Assembly: GCA_964360925.1 (NCBI GenBank)
Contig: CAYHYP010000001.1
Coordinates: 1 to 38,631, forward strand
DNA length: 38,631 nucleotides
Direction of reading: 5' to 3'
From: an uncultured Gammaproteobacteria bacterium
Lineage (GTDB): Bacteria > Patescibacteriota > Microgenomatia > JAMCZE01
In this document: one piece after another, positions 37,264-38,631 of the stretch
How the letters are laid out: each line of letters starts with the position of its first letter
How positions within the stretch are numbered: position 1 is the stretch's first letter
The notes under the pieces: generated by a model
Databases searched by the model: none
Told to the model about the DNA's origin: nothing
Seen by the model: only the letters and a program-made list of their open reading frames with translations
Position numbers and translations under genes: made by a program

Positions 37264-38631
37264 CATTGGCAAACTCCTTTCGTTCTTATAATCTCCCCAT
37301 TATTTATTTGTACACAATAATCATCTCCCGTAGTTTTGTCTTTCAAAATAATCCCCTTCTCCACCCGCAATTGACCGGAAACGGTGGCATCGCCCAAAAT
37401 GGAAACCGTGCCCGTTAATGATGAAATTTCCGCTTTCAAATCATCAAAATGTAGCAGTCCAACTTGGAGACTGCCACCAATAGAAGTATTTGCCAACTGG
37501 GTAGTCCCCACCACTTTCAAACTTTCGGTAAAATTGGCAAATTGGGCGGAAATAGTTGCCACATCAATATTTGTCCAATTGGATAAATTGGGCAGATTTG
37601 TCAAATTTGTTAAGACCGCGGAATTTGATGCGGTGTCATGCTGAACTTGTTTCAGCATCCCCGATTGACTCGCCATCTCCACTTTCAACAATTCAATTTC
37701 AGTTTGGATTTGAGGAATTAGAGATAATTTTGTAGAAATATCTTGTGTCATTCTGGCCGAGTCCAGAATCATTCCTGAAATACTGGCAATCATGTCATTC
37801 TGGAGCGAAGCGATAGAATCTATATCACGAATTGCGATGGTCAATATCTCACGAGTTTGCAAATTCCGGGCATTTCCTTCTGAAATCGTGAGATTTAACA
37901 GGCCTGAAATTGACGCATTGTCATCCTGAACTTGTTTCAGGATCCCATCCAATTCTTTGATTCCGGCAATGGCATATGGAATTACATTTGACGCATTAAG
38001 TCTTAAGAACCCGTCTGGCCCCGTAGAAACACTGTCAGGGAAGATTTGTTGAAAATCCTGGGCAATGAAACCATAGTGCTCAATATTGGCGATTTCCGGG
38101 TGGGCGGAGAGATATTCGGCGGTATATTTAAACTGCGAGGGCTTTAACTGCGAAATCAGAGCCAAAGCGTTGGGTATAATTTCAATGTCTTGTTTGACAC
38201 GGGCGTCGGAGGTGTTGGTCCATAAAGTTCCGGTTGAAAGTCCGGCGGTTCCGACCACATCTAATTTATGACCGGGGTTAGTCGTCCCGATGCCGACGTT
38301 GCCCGTGGTTGTTATTCTGACCCTTTCCGCTGGTCCTGAAACACCATCAAACGGAGCAAAATAAATATCACCAGTATTAGCCGTGTTCTCATTATCCATC
38401 CCGATGATACTATTTCTGTTCGTTGAACCACCTGTAGTTCGAAGTACTAACTCTACACGCAAATCATTGGTTGCCCCAGCCGTGCTAACCAGCCCGCCAA
38501 TAACTCCATTTTCTAATCCAGTTGTAGCATCTGTATCTTGAACAACCAATTTCCACCCCGGTGCCGTCGTCCCGATGCCGACGTTGCCTTCGATTATCAT
38601 CCCTGACGTTGGCGCAGCTATTGAACCATAT
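37263..38631 (-). CDS. tail-fibre-like / surface fibre protein with S74-type intramolecular chaperone domain (5' end outside window)
   Basis: Frame stays open to the window edge. Repeated GNVGIGTT(A/N)PG.KL(V/D)V. SDARVKQDIEII..HYGFIAQDFQQIFPDSV matches the endosialidase-chaperone (SDxRxK) pattern. C-terminal region carries repeat inserts. Confidence 0.7.
   Translation of the reverse strand, partial: YGSIAAPTSGMIIEGNVGIGTTAPGWKLVVQDTDATTGLENGVIGGLVSTAGATNDLRVELVLRTTGGSTNRNSIIGMDNENTANTGDIYFAPFDGVSGPAERVRITTTGNVGIGTTNPGHKLDVVGTAGLSTGTLWTNTSDARVKQDIEIIPNALALISQLKPSQFKYTAEYLSAHPEIANIEHYGFIAQDFQQIFPDSVSTGPDGFLRLNASNVIPYAIAGIKELDGILKQVQDDNASISGLLNLTISEGNARNLQTREILTIAIRDIDSIASLQNDMIASISGMILDSARMTQDISTKLSLIPQIQTEIELLKVEMASQSGMLKQVQHDTASNSAVLTNLTNLPNLSNWTNIDVATISAQFANFTESLKVVGTTQLANTSIGGSLQVGLLHFDDLKAEISSLTGTVSILGDATVSGQLRVEKGIILKDKTTGDDYCVQINNGEIIRTKGVCQ
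37635..37659. repeat. single hairpin unit in frame in the tail-fibre-like gene
   Basis: gtcatgctgaacttgtttcagcatc. Confidence 0.85.
37747..37820. repeat. two units in frame in the tail-fibre-like gene
   Basis: gtcattctggccgagtccagaatc ... gtcattctggagcgaagcgatagaatc. Confidence 0.85.
37920..37944. repeat. single hairpin unit in frame in the tail-fibre-like gene
   Basis: gtcatcctgaacttgtttcaggatc (identical to 30775-30799). Confidence 0.85.

Noticed and set aside
1-38631. Alternative genetic code (UGA recoding, as in some CPR lineages).
   Set aside because: All housekeeping genes give full-length products with standard stops. TGA is used as a stop (for example the 37263 gene and the AbiEii gene at 7700).

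Overview
AT-rich 38.6-kb chromosomal segment. From gene content it reads like a Candidate Phyla Radiation / Patescibacteria (Microgenomates-like) genome; this is inference, and the standard code 11 fits all ORFs.

Layout:
- 1-14.2 kb: envelope-glycan genes (Wzy_C-like ligase, TPR protein, UbiA prenyltransferase). Then three secreted proteins sharing a 26-aa C-terminal tail, interrupted by an NYN gene and an AbiEi/AbiEii + AAA-ATPase insert. Then a translationally coupled operon of four cohesin-like proteins: two with dockerins, the last with an LPVTG sortase signal.
- 14.2-18 kb: def-[four-helix-bundle cassette]-fmt, rpmB, pyrD, M50 protease.
- 18-30.8 kb: the ancient tRNA(Thr,Tyr,..,Thr)/rpmG/tRNA-Trp/secE-nusG-rplKAJL block, broken up repeatedly by toxin-antitoxin modules and other accessory genes.
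- 30.8-38.6 kb: accessory genes, galT, a Zn-ribbon/PD-(D/E)XK-like protein and a tail-fibre-like protein that runs off the window.

Main signals:
1. A superfamily of GTCAT-anchored hairpin repeats: at least 25 clusters, roughly 2 kb by hand count. Compensatory base changes preserve the stem. The repeats sit immediately after stop codons and also in frame inside 9 ORFs, including def, fmt, rplA, rplJ and galT. They are absent from the surface-protein block and the TA cassettes.
2. A cellulosome-like cohesin/dockerin/LPXTG surface-display locus, plus a half-dockerin-like C-terminal tail on neighbouring secreted proteins.
3. Four-helix-bundle gene cassettes bounded by heptamer repeats.

All calls were made by eye from the sequence and ORF track. 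No database search was run.
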